A stretch of DNA of 64,000 bases from Zootoca vivipara (GCF_963506605.1 NC_083285.1:36642001-36706000), one strand, 5' to 3'. Shown: positions 1 through 14,483, counted from the first letter of the stretch. Made by a program: numbers and translations. Notes: generated by a model not told the origin, from the letters alone.

Positions 1-2707
1 ATATGTTTACTCAAAATAAGTCTCACTATGTTCTATGGGGCTCATTCCCTAATGAGTTTAAGATTGCAGATTCAGTATAGCAGAAGAGTTCATTGTTTTT
101 AGAATATCCAGATCCTAAAGTTACATCAACAGGATATTTGCTTCCCAGGCTTGTCTCAAAGAGTCCTCAAACAGTTTCAAACACTTCTTGTCTACTCAGA
201 GATAAGTCCTATAGACTTCAATGGAACTTATGCTCAGATACAGTAAGTGTGCATTAGTTTGCACCCTGAGACTAGGAAGTAGAAACTTATTTTTGTTTTG
301 TTACAGTGTTAACAACAAAAGCTACGATATACTTAAATTCTGTGAGTTGCAATAACTTGCAGCTCCATATCTGATACTGAGTCTCAGACTCAAGAGAGCT
401 GCTTTTCCTCATAGAACTTGTGCCAGGCCCAGTACATTTGTGTCTTATATCTGAACAGTGACTCTCACACAGGTCATGAACTGTTTTGGAAAGTCCCCTT
501 GGTTTCATAAGCAGTTTTCCTTGCGGCAAGGAGATTGATATTGACGGAAATAAGTCTATAGTTCCCTTTGACTCATGGAACTAGTGTCATAGTTCTTGTA
601 TTTTCCCAGTTATTGCCTGAATAATGCATTTATTTGGTTAAAAATAAATATTCAATTAACTGTCATAAATACTGTATACCAAACTCTCAAACCAGTAAAA
701 TTCTTAAAGCAGTCAGGTTTAGTTTAAACAATATATTCCAATCCCAAGAAAAAACCATGGAGAAAATGCTTTTCTTCACGTACCTCCTACCTAAACTCTC
801 ACACTATCCATGTCCCTTCTTTTACTGTCTTCATTAGTGAGAGCCTTTACTCTCTCTCCCTTCCAATCAGTGATTTCAATGACTTTTTCCATAAAAGCCT
901 TTCCTGGCTCACTTTAAGCTCTACACTTTCATCATCCCCTTCCTTCTCTCACTGGTTTGTCCTCATGTCCTGTCCTAACAGATTCAGACTGCAAGCCCTC
1001 TAGGTGCAGACTGTACAACTTGGTGTTCCACAGCACCAAGCAGTTTGTTGATGGCAACAACCAAAGTTAGAGGTGTAGGTGTAGGAAGAACAAGAATGAA
1101 GACACTTTTCAATTTCCTGCCGGAGCATTCTCTCAGCTTTGCTCACTGCCTTTATGACATCTGATGCCTTCTTTCAACACCTCTTTGTAACTTTTAAAGA
1201 TCTCAGCCAGTAATCAAAAATCATTTAAAGAGATTGAGATTACCAGACACCTGTCATATATGAGTAAAGACAGTTGCAGATCTTATTTCCTGATCATCTG
1301 TTCACTTGCTCAGTCATTAACCTATTTTACTTCTCCTAGCCACTTCAATCTGAGTCACAAGCCCCACACCTAAATTGTTTCCTCCCAATTCATATGAGAA
1401 AAACTACTGGAGACAGTCTTTCCCTCCCACAACACTGATACTTGTATCTGAGACCTAGTCATATTTATTTTGGCATATCTGATTTACAGAATATGTCTCA
1501 ACATTTTTAGAGGTAAACAAACAAACCAAACTATCCTTCCAAATTGGCACTTCAAAAGAAAAGAAACTTTTGCTACTTTCATGCTGCATAAATAGGTTTA
1601 AATTGCAGCAAGTAGTGAGAGAACAATGTTGGGTAAACTAATGCCAGTTTAGGAGCTATTCAACTTTCTTGCTTGCTGGGCAGGATGACTGTAGATCTGC
1701 TTTCCTATTTGCATGGGTCTGTTCTTGAGTTCTGACACAGTCTTCACACTTAAAATTGCAATCCTGCTGCAGGACACACTGGAGTAAATAGGCACAATAA
1801 CATTTAGGCTAAAAAGACCAGGGAGGCAGCATGTCTGCAGTCATATTTCTAGATATACTCTGCAAAAGCCCCAGAAATGTTGTGATAGGTAGGATATTAT
1901 TATTGCAACTGAAGTACATCATATCCAAATTTTATATACTGTTATAAAAAAGCTACTTGAAGAACTCAGGAGAGGTATTGGAAGAACAGCAAGGTGTTTC
2001 TATGTATGGTTTTAATGCCTTCAAATAAATTATAGAGCAGCAGTCCAGCTTGGATCCATTATCACTGAAATCAAATGTGTTAAAAATACTACTGATACTG
2101 AAACCCTACAAGTTCCAGGTCAGTGATCTGTGCCAGTGCTGGCAATTGCTGCAATGCAAACTCACTGTACTCATGCAAAGAAGCCCAAACCTGCTTAGTA
2201 CACAGTGGAGTGATGCAGCCACGGTCACAAGGCCATTCAATCCCAGAAGATCTGGGATCAAACAAAGAGAGCAGCAGAACTTTACTAGAAACATCTGTGT
2301 GTTGTCACTATGAAGGCACCCGCCACTAAACTGACTAGCTACATAAGACTTGTCACTGAAATGCTAGTTTAGTGGTTTTGAACTATATACAAACTAGTAT
2401 ACAGAAGGCGAAAAGAAAAACTATTCTCAAATAGATTAATATGCTACAGTTTAGTACTGACAAGGATAACAAAAGCTTCTGCCTGGTGTGGCCTGGTGTT
2501 AGAAACTGGGATAGAAAAGCTAGGAGCCAAATGGCTTCTGGGACCTGAGTTGTGGGCCAAAACAGAATGTCTAGTTGCCATGGGGAAAGGTGTTGGCAAC
2601 ACTTTTTATTTATTATCTTCATAAGCATGAACTAATGCACAATTCACATAAGTGACACATTGTTAATATCACGTTTTTAGCATAAATTGTTAATACATGT
2701 TTAATTA

Positions 2708-2848
2708 AAGGTAAAGGGACCCCTGACAGTTAAGTCCAGTCGCGAACGACTCTGGGGTTGCGGCGCTCATCTCAAGGGAGCCGGCGGTTGTACGCTTCCA
2801 CAGACAGTTTTTTCGGGTCATGTGGCCAGCATGACTAAGCCACTTTGT
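2708..2848 (-). mobile_element. Sauria SINE, 5'-truncated
   Basis: (ACCTTT)n tail on minus. 12-bp TSD CATGTTTAATTA (2696-2707, 2849-2860). Confidence 0.85.
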
Positions 2849-5569
2849 CATGTTTAATTAGGTGTTTACAATAAAAATATTGGTACCATACTTCGGTTTT
2901 TAAAACATTCTACTCTTTATTGTTAAATTCCTTACCATATTGTCTATTCTTAACATATACGTACTTTGAAGCTTCAAAGCACATATATTTCAGTAATCCT
3001 TGAGTATCAGCCAGGCATTAAAAATTGCGCTCAGACTTTTTGAGGTGCTCGCAAATGGAGAACCTTTCAGCGCAATATGCGCCTGGCACCCTGCAAATTT
3101 TGAAACCTGTGTACAATTCTATATTTTTCTACTGTGTCCTACATTTCAAACTGATAGTGCACCTTACAAGATCTCAACTTCACACATACCCCAATTAAGC
3201 AGGGTCCACAAACTTTGGCTTGGCTTACTAGCCAGCCATTGCTTGTTGCTGCCCTCATGCGTCTGTGCCTCAGAGCAAAAGGAGGGAAAGAGAGAGAGAA
3301 AAGAAACAAACCTAAGTTTGTTTAGTTTACAATGTAGTTTCTGCCTTTTGTAATGATTTTGATGATGATGATAAAATACCCAATTCCTCTCTCCTACATT
3401 CTCTGCAATACACAGAATGAAAGGCACTTGCTACTAAAATGAGGTGTTTGGGTGAAGGGGCAGAGTTCGTCCAGGATCCATTGGATCCTGAGTGGGTCTC
3501 ACTGACAACATCAGGCCTGTTGGTTCTGCCCCCCCCCCACTCAATCTTCCGTGGTGGCTACAATGAACAGCAGTGCTGTGTGGCCCTGCTGCTCAGCAAA
3601 GCCTGTGAGAGTTGGGATTGTGCCTCAAGTCCTTTTGAGAGAGTGCATTTTAAAAAACTATTTTGACTAGAAAAATTAGTGTATATATTGCATCATTGCT
3701 CCATGTTGGATGGGTATTTTGAATTGCAACTACAATTGACTACTTGAGATGGTTAATCAAGGGCTCCATAGATCCCCTTTTGGGGGCTTCCCATGGGGAG
3801 CTCTCTTTACATTCAGCTGATAGAAGGGGGAGTTTGAGTGCTAAGAGTGATGCAAGATCCTGAGCGTGGGGATTGAACTGCTCTGCCTATTTGCCACTTT
3901 CAAAATTGTTTGGGGATAGCTGGGAAACTATTTGTCTCTTACTAACATTTCAGATTCCTGTAAATTTTCCAGCCTTGTTTTTGTAACAAGACTCACTTAA
4001 GTTTTGCATTTATTTTGTGATTACATACATGAGCAACACAAGTATACAATCCATTTAGAAATTAAGAGTTCAGGTTTGATATAAGTTTGGTTTTAGGTTA
4101 GAAATCACTTTCTAGGAAATATCAGCTTTCTGTTTCAATTTTTGATAGGCTTGAAATCAATGCCTGGTGAGATCTCCTATCAAGTGGAAAAGCTAAGGTC
4201 TTTCATGGTTAGTTGCGCAGTTTCAGTAACTTGTGTAGCTCTTTGTTTCTCCATGTAACAAGGAGTAGAACTGAATCTGAGCTGCATCCCTTTTCACACG
4301 TGAGAGTGTATCCCACTGAACTCAGTGTGACTTATGGGTATGTGGAATAAAAATAAGGTAAATACACAATGAATTTACTCATACTATAGTGAACATTTCT
4401 CTCAGCATACTGACTGTAGAGCATTACATGTTTTTCCTTCAATAAAACTGAGGTAAATCGATGCCAAGTTTCCCATTAATACCTTAAGAGGCCTGCTGGA
4501 TCAGACATACAGTCCATCTAGTTCAGCATCCTGTTTCTGACAGTGGCCAACCAGATGCCTCTGCAAAGCTCACAAGCAGAACATGTCGACAAAAGCCCTC
4601 TCTCACTGTTGCTCATTCAGCTACTTAATCCTAAACATGTTTAATCCATGTTCCACAGACCTCAGTGGGATCCAACCCCCTGCTTAAGTACAATTTAGGG
4701 TTGCAAGTTGGCTGGAGCTTTCAACAATATAAATTTACCAGCAATTATTTGCACAACTAAGAACCGAGCACAATGTCTCAATCATACAAATCTTTTCCAC
4801 AGCAACACTTATTGGAATCCAAAGCAACTGATTGAAAGCACAGCCTTGTAGAAAACTGACCTTTTCAGAGCACTGTTAAGATCATGTAAACCATAATCTG
4901 AAAACTCAGAATTACATATCAAGGGCGCACTGCTGAAAGTGTAGCATTGATAGTAGCAACACACGAAGGGCGTGAGTTCTGGAAGCTCTTTATATTAAAT
5001 CAGATTCTTCCTGTTTTTAACTTTTAAAGTACATGTGAAATGAAAAATCAATACAATTTCATGACCATTTTTTGTGCTCCATAATATGCCAAACATGATA
5101 GCACCCAAAAACTCAAGAGGAATATGTGCATATGTGTTTTATCTGGCAGCATGAAATCAAAACATTCTGGGCCAAATCCAGTGTTTTTCATACCTGTAGA
5201 AATGAATGGACCAAACTAACCTAGGTCCGTTCATTTTATTTATTACATTTATACCCCACCTTTCTTCCGAGTGCTCAAATCCAGGTAATGTGCACAGTTC
5301 AGCCCTCTCACAATTTCATCCTGACAACTACCTTGAGAGGTAAGCTAGGCAGAGAGACAGCGACTAGCGTATGGCCACCAGTGAGTTGGGGACTAGAACC
5401 CCCGTCTCCCAGGTCCAACATTCTAGCTACTATATACCACGTTGGCGCCAATGGGCTTACTCTGATTCAACGGATGCAGCCCTCTCCCTTTAAAAAATAG
5501 ATTTTTAAAAAAATTGGCACTCCAACAAAACCTAGCTCGCATTTGGGGAGGGGAGAGAGACTTGACTAA

Positions 5570-6600
5570 GCCCATTCACTTCGGCCGGCGCTCTTGGGAA
5601 CCACCACCGTCCTGGCCAAACCTCGTGAGAAGGTGAGCCAGCAGTGGAATCTGCTGTTGCCTGAGAGCTGACGCGAGGCTTAGGCAAAGCTGCGCCTTCC
5701 CGTCGGCTGCCATGCGAGTGTCGTGCGCCGCTTCCTACCAGCTTGCCTGGGCCACCGCCAGGTCTCGCCCGACAACCGCCTAGTTCGTGCGAGCGAGCGA
5801 GACCGCCCCGGCCGCCTCCCTTCGCCCTGCCGCGGCTCAGCAAAGGCAGGGGCGCCGGCTGCGGCGGAGAGGGCGGGGACCAGCGCCGTGACTCGCGCGG
5901 CTCAGAACCCAGGCCCGGAAGGTGGCGCGGGGGGGGGGCGCCTTCCATCCGCCCTGCTAGCGGCTCCCATTCATTCCCGGCAGGCAGATGCTCGCAAGGC
6001 GCAGATGCTCGCACCGGCTGCTCCCTCCCGCGAATGGCGATGGCTGCTGCTGTTGTCGCCACCAGGCCGGCCTCGCCCCCCGCGCCCTGCAGCGGCGGGG
6101 AAAGGAAGGAGGGCGAAGTCGCCGCCTGCCTGCCTGCCCCGCTCACCGGAAGCGCCGCGCTGCCCTCAGCGCTTTCCTCGGGGCTCCGGAGGCCACTGGC
6201 CTAGGCGTGAGGCCCGGCGAGGCCTGCGCGCAGCTTGAGGGCAGAGCGGGGCAAGGGGGTGGGGACAGGCCGGAGGAGGAAGGGAAGCGGGTACCTTGAT
6301 GATCCTGCGGGGCAGCCCGGCCATCTTGTCTTATTGGGATTCAGGCTCCGCTGGGTCTCGGCTCCGCTCGGGGCTTACGCACTACCGGAAGGAGCTCTGC
6401 GCTTCACTTCCCGTGACGTCGCCGGCAGCGCCTCCCGAGGCATGCTGGGAAGTGTAGTCCCGGCGCGAGGAGGCGCGGACAGGTTTGTCCTGGCCGCACT
6501 TTCCGAATTTACACAGGTGCCTCGTGTCAGGAGCTTCCGTGGACTGCAGAGCGCCCTTCGTCAGAGACACACGAAGCGTTATTAGCCATAGAAGAATGTT
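5570..6600 (-). promoter_or_regulatory. UBE2N: UBE2N CpG-island promoter / exon 1 / start of intron 1
   Basis: High GC/CpG. ZNF143-type motif ACTACACTTCCCA on minus (6446-6458), TGACGTC CRE-like site (6414-6420), ETS-like CCGGAAG, and YY1-like AAGATGGC overlapping the ATG. Confidence 0.85.
6295..6324 (-). CDS. UBE2N: Ubiquitin-conjugating enzyme E2 N (Ubc13), coding exon 1 (MAGLPRRIIK); remaining exons outside window to the left
   Basis: Reverse complement reads CAAG-ATGGCCGGGCTGCCCCGCAGGATCATCAAG|GTACCC, giving MAGLPRRIIK then a GT donor. This is the vertebrate UBE2N N-terminus. It lies in a CpG island, head-to-head with MRPL42 as in mammals. Confidence 0.95.
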
Positions 6601-8721
6601 GATTTAAACATTGCCGCGCCAAGAACCTGAGTTCCGTGATAGAAATTTTTGCCTGTCTTTACTTATTTTATGTTTTTTTTATCCTGCTTCTGTTACTCAT
6701 GGAAAATGCGTTGAGCTGAGCAAGACGATGACTATATCGCAGATGGCCTCAGACTTTCAAATCTCTTCCTGGCCTTAAGAACTAGAACTTTGCCTTCTTA
6801 AAGTGAAAACTAAGGTTTGCAGGATGCTAAATTTGGCAATATGGAGCAAACGTCACACGCTCTAGCTGCTTCTAGCAGCAGCTAGGAATGTTTTATAAAG
6901 AGAAAGAAATAGCCAGATTCCAGAACTCAGATCACCACGTAAAGCTCTCAGGCAGATCACCAAGTAAAGGCAACTAAAATGTAAGTAGGCAAGGACAATG
7001 ATTAGTAAGGTCCATAGACTTATGATCTCATCTGCATGTCTATGTTCTGATCGGGCCATTATTCATTTGATGCAGACTGCTGCATCCTCCAAAATGAGTA
7101 ACACAAGATCTTCCCCCATGACCTGATGACTTATGACTGTTATATGCAATTACATGCTTCCACCTTCCACCCAGAACACACTACAAGCTACAGTCCTACA
7201 CATGCTAAATTGAGAACAAATTGAACTCAGAGGGACTTATTACACATCTTGAAAAAACTATTAATGGGTTCAGGCTATTTGACTTTTATTGGCAGACTGT
7301 GGGCTTTTTTGTTTTCAGATTTTCTACTGTCATGGCTTTTTAATTAGGTCATAAGGAGAATCCTGTGGCATACATTTTCAAAATATGTAAGAGGGTTACA
7401 GTATTTTATATATCCTCACAACATCAGCTGACTACCACCTATGTAAAGCAACAGAATTATACAGAAATCATAACAATCTTCAATCAATGTATAAACAGGC
7501 CTCACAATAAAACTTGTGCATCAGTTAACACACAAAAATGGAAGATACAAATTTTTTGAATCTCTCTGCTAACAGGTAGGAAAACATGGTTACATTTGTT
7601 TAGGTAAGATTTTTACTCATAGATCTCAACAACAAAAAATAGCTACAGTTTCTGTAGCAATCTTATTTGTATCGGGGAGAGGGGGAAAGTGCAATGTTCA
7701 AAGGATTAACTATATACAGTACAGTATTTGATTAATCAGCTCTTTCTGGAGATCTCAGTATTAGTTACAAAATAATAAGGCATGTCATACTGTTTCAATT
7801 CCCTCTGAACCACAGGGATAGAGTAGGATATTGCCATCTCCTATCCAAAAGAGCTGAAAGTGTCACATTGAAACATGCAAGAGTGGAATTTTGAAACATT
7901 TGGTTTGTTTACAGAGGTAGGGTAAAAGCCAAATGACAAAGGTAAGCTGGACTTAGTGGCTACTGAAAGCAAATATTGAAAGTCTGCATCGTTGATGCAC
8001 TGTCTAACACAAGATCTAGCCTTGGCAAAACCATATGGAAAATACTGTGATTGAGAGAAGACCAGAAGGCCAACTTAGCAATTTAGCATCTTCACCCATA
8101 AACTTACATACTCATCTAAACAAAACCAACAATACAAAAGAGTGGGTACTGGGTGATGCAGGGCACATATTAGCAGCTGAAAGAACATGCATATACTGTA
8201 GTTAGTGTGAGAGACCGCTACAAGTCCTTCATTCAGCTATATCCAAATACAAATTAAAGGAAATAAATAACTCCATGCAGCTAGGGTGCCCAGATGAAAA
8301 AGAGGACAGGATTCCTGCACTTTTGTGCAGAAGAGGTGGTTTTAGTAGCTTTAGCTTGCATGACAAGAAGTCACAACTCTTGAAATTCCCGCTTCTGCAT
8401 AACTTTGAAAGGTGCAAGCATCCTGCTCTCTTTTCTATCTCTTCCTTGGTGGTGTGCCAGAGGAAGAGGAGAGAGAAGTAGTACTGTATGTGAACTGAAG
8501 GTTTGTTGCAACTCATTCCTGTCAAGTTAAACAATGGTCTGAATTCAGCCTGTGCAAATTTGTATTCTGGATTTCTTACAGTATTCCAAAAACAGCCCAA
8601 TTCACCTTATGCATTAACTTGATATCTGAATCAAGTCTATATAAAACCTAAGCCAGGTGACATTCAAAACAATAGTAGTAAATTAGTGATAACACAATTT
8701 TGCTACTTTTTTCAGTACCTC

Positions 8722-9137
8722 TAGGGAAGTGTTTTAGCTCAATGGTAGAGCATCTGTTTTGCATACACAAGATATCAGGTTCAATCCCTAGATAGGGCTG
8801 AAACCATGGAGAGCCACTGAATATCAGTGCAGACAATACTGAGCTAGATTACCAGTAGCTAGATCAGGGGTCAGCAACCTTATTCACTGTGCCTCAGTCC
8901 ATGTGGTGGGCCGGACTATATTTTTTTTGGGGGGGGGGGATGAATTAATTCCTATGCCCCACAAATAACCCAGGGATGCATTTTAAATAAAAGCACACAT
9001 TCTACTCATGTAAAAACACACTGATTCCTGGACCGTCCATGGGCCAGATTGAGAAGGCGATCGGGCCCACAGGCCTTAGGTTGCCTACCCCTGAGCTAGA
9101 TGGACCAATGGCTTGACAGGCAGTTTTCTATGTTCCA
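8722..9137 (+). mobile_element. tRNA-headed squamate SINE (Squam3-like), interrupted by a hAT MITE
   Basis: TAGCTCAATGGTAGAGCA A-box, GGTTCAATCC B-box, tail GGACCAATGG...GGCAGTTTTCTATGTTCC. Related decayed copies at ~10176-10520 (-), ~15015-15100 and ~18640-18755. Confidence 0.65.
8865..9093. mobile_element. hAT-type MITE
   Basis: TIR CAGGGGTCAGCAACCT / AGGTTGCCTACCCCTG. 8-bp TSD AGCTAGAT (8857-8864, 9094-9101). Confidence 0.85.
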
Positions 9138-10789
9138 CAGTAGATCAGGACCGATAATTAAGTACAAAAGTTGACTAGACTTCTACTCCTTTAGTAGTTG
9201 TGTGAAGGAGAAAATATCAGCAAGTACAGCCTTTTATCAACTTTGCTTGACATGCAACACCTTTAGAAACCCCCCCCCCTTCTACACAATAACAGTACAG
9301 TTCTAGTAAAGGCACTGCAATCCTGTCCTCTTTTGTACATGTGTCAAAATGAAACTTCTCTTTGTATATGCTACTGTTTGGAATCCACACAAGCATAATG
9401 TTACCTCTCATTTTGCCTTTCGCTACCCTGCTAGTACTATTTTGGCCTAAACTCTGTAGCTTATGAAGGCTTTGCCATGAATTCTGAACTAAAGGTTTCT
9501 AATTGCTTTCCCCATTGTTTTTAAGTTTTTCCAAGTTTACGTAATCATAATCTAACTACTTGTAAGTGAGAAGCTGTCACAGAGAGGGAGGGAGGAAGAG
9601 AAATTCATTCCTAGAAGCAGATTTCTTTTAGATCTTCAACTGCAGTTAGCCCTGTAACTCAACTCCTTGCCCTTCAGTCACAAGCAGTGAAATTATATGC
9701 CAATCCCCTTTCCAAATTATCCTTGCTTCAACTTTGCTTCCTGCAAATACTTTTTAAAGATACCAGAGACATTCCAACTCAAGTGCATAGCATTTGAAAC
9801 TCTATTCATAGCCAAGAGCTACGCCAAAAATGAATCTGAGAAGATTTTAGGCTATTTTTTAGGGCTGTCATGTTTGCATGAACAGTTTGTATACCATAGC
9901 AGCAAAAAGTCAGTTTTGCTGAATTAATTCTGCTTCATATTGATTAAAGGGAAAGAGCTCTGCCTTTGATTCTATCTAATCACATATGCACATTTCTGCT
10001 ATCATGCCTGTGTAATCCACAACACTCTTCATAAGTGACTGAGTTGAATTCACAAAAATGGTGGCTAAAGTTGTATAAGTTGCCACCTGCAGTGCTCCTC
10101 AGCCTTTATTTAACAGCTGCCTGGCATGCAGAAATTTGTTAGACAAAGCATTTATCAATGTTTCAGCCCCACACTAGGAACACAGGAAGCTGCCTTAAAC
10201 TGAGTCAAACTATTGGCCATCTATTGCAGACACTGGGTGGCAGCAGCTCTCCAGGGGTTCAGACAGACGTACTTCTACCTGGAAATGCCAGGTTAAATTA
10301 GGCACATTTTGCATGCAAAGCAAATCTTCTCCCAAATAGGGTAGTTGCCTTATAATAAGTTAGACCAAGCTCAGTATCGCCAACACTGACTGGTAGCAGC
10401 TGCCCAGCCCAGGCTTTCAGACAGGAATATTTCCAAGCTCTACCTGAGGAAACCCAAGATTCCCCCACCATCACCACCAACAAGCAGATGCTTTTATGGT
10501 GAACTGTGCTCCTTCCCCAGAGCAGGGAAAATCTCGCCTGCTAAAGTTAGGGTGAAGCAGTTGGCTGGAAGAGAAACGCCGAAAACACCACCTCTTTCTA
10601 GTTCTATGTATCAGTGTGGGTGGAAAGTTTCTATGCTCCTAAAAAACAACAACACAGCAAAACCAGCAAGAGTCTTGTGGCATCTTAAAGACTAACGTGT
10701 TCTGTTGTTTTTGCTGCAACCCACAGGGCCACTGTCTAAAATTAAAAACATGCATGCAGTTTTCAAAACCTCAGCTGCTTTTTAATTGG

Positions 10790-11450
10790 GCAGCCTTCGG
10801 AGGGCCCTTGCCAGGACTACATTTCCCAATGTGCTTTGGGGCTTAGGAGAGCAGCTCCCGGACGTTGCCTCGCGAGTTCCTTTTTGCCGTAAAGGAAGAA
10901 GCGGACGGTTCCTGCAAGACCGGGTGGCCCCGTCGCTGCTGGGTTGGCTTGTCCGGGTAAGCGGCTTCCTTCCTACCTTCACCTTTTCCGATTTCGCCTC
11001 CTGGCCGCCTCGCCCTGGAAAGTGGAGCAAATGGAGCCGGGGAGCAAGGAGAGGCTGACCTGTCGCTTTGGCGCTTGGAAATCCTCTCCTTGCTCCTGCC
11101 GGGGAAATCAGCGCCTTCGCGCCGAAAGCTAGAAGCCCCTTTCCTAATCCTTTCCTGCCGTGGGGGCGCCGCACAACGCGCGCGGTGAGGAGGCGAAGGG
11201 AAGCAAAAGCGCTTCCCCACGTGCAGAATGCCCCGGTCGGGTGAATAGGCGCGCGTGGGTGTTCACTTCTGCCTCCTCCTGGCAGCGATTTCACAGCGAG
11301 AGCAAAGCGCCCGTGGCTGAGCTGTTGTCAATGATGCCGCCGCTCCATGCCTTAAAATAGATCCGAGAAGTTAGCGTTCTGACAACCCGCCTAATCATCC
11401 GGGTTCGTTTCTGCAGTGCGGCAAATACTTATTGGCTGGCTTGGATGGTT
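10790..11450 (+). promoter_or_regulatory. MRPL42: MRPL42 CpG-island promoter with probable non-coding exon 1 ending at 10956
   Basis: CpG-rich island. ACTACATTTCCCA motif at 10816-10828. Donor CGG|GTAAGC at 10957. The TSS is not determinable from sequence. Confidence 0.75.
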
Positions 11451-13403
11451 AGTGGCCGCTCTGGAGAGACCTTGGATCTGCATCTGAAAGTGCACACACG
11501 CGTGTACAGAAGCGAGCCTGAGGCCAATCGATTAAGGCAGGCATAGGATACCTACTGTTCTTGCCTGCCACTAGGAGTGTAACCAGTGGAATTCAGGGTA
11601 AAGAAAGTTGCCCGCATTCCCTATATGTGGTTTTGACAGCCTTGCACATGAATTCATGAAGGTTATTTGCTGCAACAAAAGTTTAGTGGCTCTTTGTTTA
11701 AAGTCTCTGTTGAAGGTTAATATAAGCACGAAACAGCATTGCTTGCTCTTGGGACCCCGTGGTAGTAGAGGCCCTCTCCAGGGCCACTTCCTGCCTCTCT
11801 CTGAATAAAGGACCCCTTCTTCAGAGGGAGGCTTGGGCCCACACTACATAGAAACCTGTTGCAGCAGTGCTAACTCCTTCCTTACAGTAGCAAATGATGT
11901 TTAAACAGTATTTGGCTGTAGCTGCAAAAGTGATGCTGCTGCTCTATATCTGGTGGGAGGCTCCTGGTAGTGGGGGCTCACAGTGGTGGGGGTGGCAGCA
12001 GCCACAGACAGCCCTGCAAGCAGCACATGGGAGTGGAATCTGCCACCTGAGCCAGACCTGTCCATCATAGCTGATAATGTCTTGCTGCTGGGAAAGAGAA
12101 AATCACTTCTGAAAAATATCTTGCTGAACCTGAATGAATAGCATTCTGTCAACCAGGTGCTAATTGGGGCCAAGTTGTTCAAGAGTGTGGTGGCAGGCCA
12201 GCTCTAAACAGTCCTGCAAGCTAGTTTTCTGTGTGTGTGTGTGTGTACGCGTGCGTGCACACCAGAATGTTCTGGTTTCCTTTTGGTTCCAAGCTAGATC
12301 GGGTTTATTTGTGGAAGGAGGTATGAAGAAGCCTTTGATTGTACTGCTGTTTTCTGTTTTTATGTTGTATTTTTAATTGTTTTAAGGCTGCAATCCTGTA
12401 CCCACTTACCCACTTACCTAGGAATAAGCTTAATTGAAATCAGTGATATTAACTTCTGAAGAGTACAGACTTGCAGAAAAGCAGGATAAAAAGTGTTTAA
12501 AAATAAATTATATGAGGAAACAACTGTTTCACATGGCTCAGGCAGTTCATGATAACCTTGTTTGGTAATCCTGTGACTGAGCCATGGAGAACCCAAATTG
12601 TCTTGCGGGGTTCAAAGCTGAGGTAAACTTCCTGGGTAGTATTCATGATGTATGTTCATTAATTCCAGTGGGTCTACTCGTGAGTTGCACTTGGTTGACT
12701 ACTACATCACTGCCTCCAGAGTCTGTACAATTGGTAAAATGAAATTTTAGGGAAGGGATGGGAAGCTTTTTTTCAGGCAACTCATTGGTTGTCTCATGAA
12801 AGTGGTAGGTGGAGTCTGGGACACAAAATAGGTGGAACAGAGAAATGAAGGTGACTCTTACCTTTCTAACAATCGATGGTCATTTCAGCCATACATCAGC
12901 GTTTTCTGCATACACCACAGACACAAAGTGCCTTAGACTCATTGATCCATTTAGCTCTGTAGAGTGGCAGTGGCATTCCAGAATTTCAGAGAGGGGTCTG
13001 AACACACCTCTCCATACACACAAGCAGTCAAGGATGCATTTTAGCTACCCGAAAGCACGGGGGGGGGGCAAGGCAGAGCCAGCAATGGTCATCGCTGGGG
13101 AAGAGTCCCGAGGGCCAGGAAGAGAGGCCTGCCAAGCCACATTGCTCTCCTAGGCTTGAGGTTCCCCACACCTGTCATAGGGAAATAGCAAGGCAAAGAT
13201 GGAGACTTTGCATAGTGAAAAATTAAACAGTGAAAGCCTGGAAGAGCTATTGAAATGTGTACAAGGTGACTTGCAAATTGTGGATCTATAATATGTTTTG
13301 ACTAATCTCCTGACAAACCACTGATTCCCAAACAGTGATGGACTGAACGGTGCAGATTTTCTTTAAACATCACCGTGACGTGACAACAATTTTGTCTGCT
13401 AGC

Positions 13404-13488
13404 ATGGCCGTGGCATCACAAAGGGCTGTGTTGTCGAAGACTGCATGGATGCGTTGGGCAGCTTTCACCAAGCAAGTTCTGTCTCCTA
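13404..13488 (+). CDS. MRPL42: Mitochondrial ribosomal protein L42, coding exon 1 (MAVASQRAVLSKTAWMRWAAFTKQVLSP, transit-peptide-like)
   Basis: Acceptor ttgtctgctag|C ATG and donor A|GTAAGT. 85 nt, phase 1, which joins the next exon in frame. Basic, acid-free N-terminus starting MAV as in mammalian MRPL42. Confidence 0.85.
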
Positions 13489-13557
13489 GTAAGTGTGCAT
13501 GGATACTCTTTTAAACTCTTAATGGAGTGGGATCTTGCTTTGCACACACAGAAGGTG

Positions 13558-13584
13558 GCTGCTGCTGCTGCTGCCGCCGCCGCC
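13558..13584. repeat. (GCT)n(GCC)n compound microsatellite
   Basis: Direct read, 70 nt after the MRPL42 first coding exon donor. Confidence 0.85.
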
Positions 13585-13931
13585 CTCAACATAGAGCTAA
13601 GCAGCTTGTGGCTCTAGGTGGGAAAAGAGTTTGTGTCTCTACTCAAGAGGAGCATGACTGAGCCAGCTCTGCTGCAGCAAAGGCAGTTCAGCAGCACTCT
13701 GGTAGAAGTGAAGAAGAGAAGCTTCTCTCTTTTCCCATTCAAGCCTTGTTGCCCGAGTCTGTGTCCAGGGAGCCTGGAGAAATGAAGTAAGACTATATGC
13801 CCAATCGCTCTGTTGGAGGGAAGGAGCAATAACCGGGAAACCCTGCAATGGCATAGTAGCTATACATGCTGGGGGATGAAAAAGTAAAGCCCTCCCCTTT
13901 ATTCCTGCCCCTCTCTCCCAGAATATTTGGC

Positions 13932-14045
13932 CTTCACCAACCTGGTGCCCTCCAGCTGGTGATGGACAGCAACTCCCATCAGTACACTGCTGGTGCTGAT
14001 GGGAGTTGTAGTTCAGCAGCATCAGGAGGGCACCAGGTTAGGGAA
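13932..14045. mobile_element. Older palindromic MITE related to 35111/50209 family
   Basis: Inverted arms CCTGGTGCCCTCC...CAACTCCCATCAG / CTGATGGGAGTTG...GGAGGGCACCAGG. Confidence 0.65.
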
Positions 14046-14442
14046 TACGGTCATAGAGTTTGGAACGTGTGGTGCTGCAGAATGGCGTACACACCCAGCT
14101 TCCCAAAGGGTATGTGTGTGTTTGCCCAGCCTTACCTAATTTGGGTGGGTTCCATCTTTTCTCCTCTCACTCCCCCCCCTTTTTTTTAGTGGAGGCTGCT
14201 TCTAAAGTGACACCAGTTGGAGAAGAGAGGCAGAGGAAGTGGCAAAGCACCACTGGACTTTCTTTTCTTATCCTCAACGTACAGTATTGAGTGGCAGCTC
14301 TGCCACGTGGCACCTGAAGCTGGGGAAGGGTCTCCCTTGCATTGAACAGTTTGCAGGAGAGGCAGGGAGAGGGAAGAATACTTGGCTATCAATCAAGAAG
14401 GGTGGTACAGAGCTGTGTAGCTCTTCCGTTATACCATATGCC

Positions 14443-14483
<41 letters not shown>
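14443..14483. repeat. (TATC)n microsatellite
   Basis: Direct read, about 10 units. Confidence 0.95.

Noticed and set aside
1-5500. Further UBE2N exons
   Set aside because: No ETQRLLAEPVPGI or other Ubc13 peptide seen on minus. The region is taken as intron 1.
5532-6585. Overlapping 100-200 aa ORFs at the UBE2N island
   Set aside because: Low-complexity G/P/R/A ORFs expected in GC-rich DNA. The only recognisable coding part is the 30-nt UBE2N exon.
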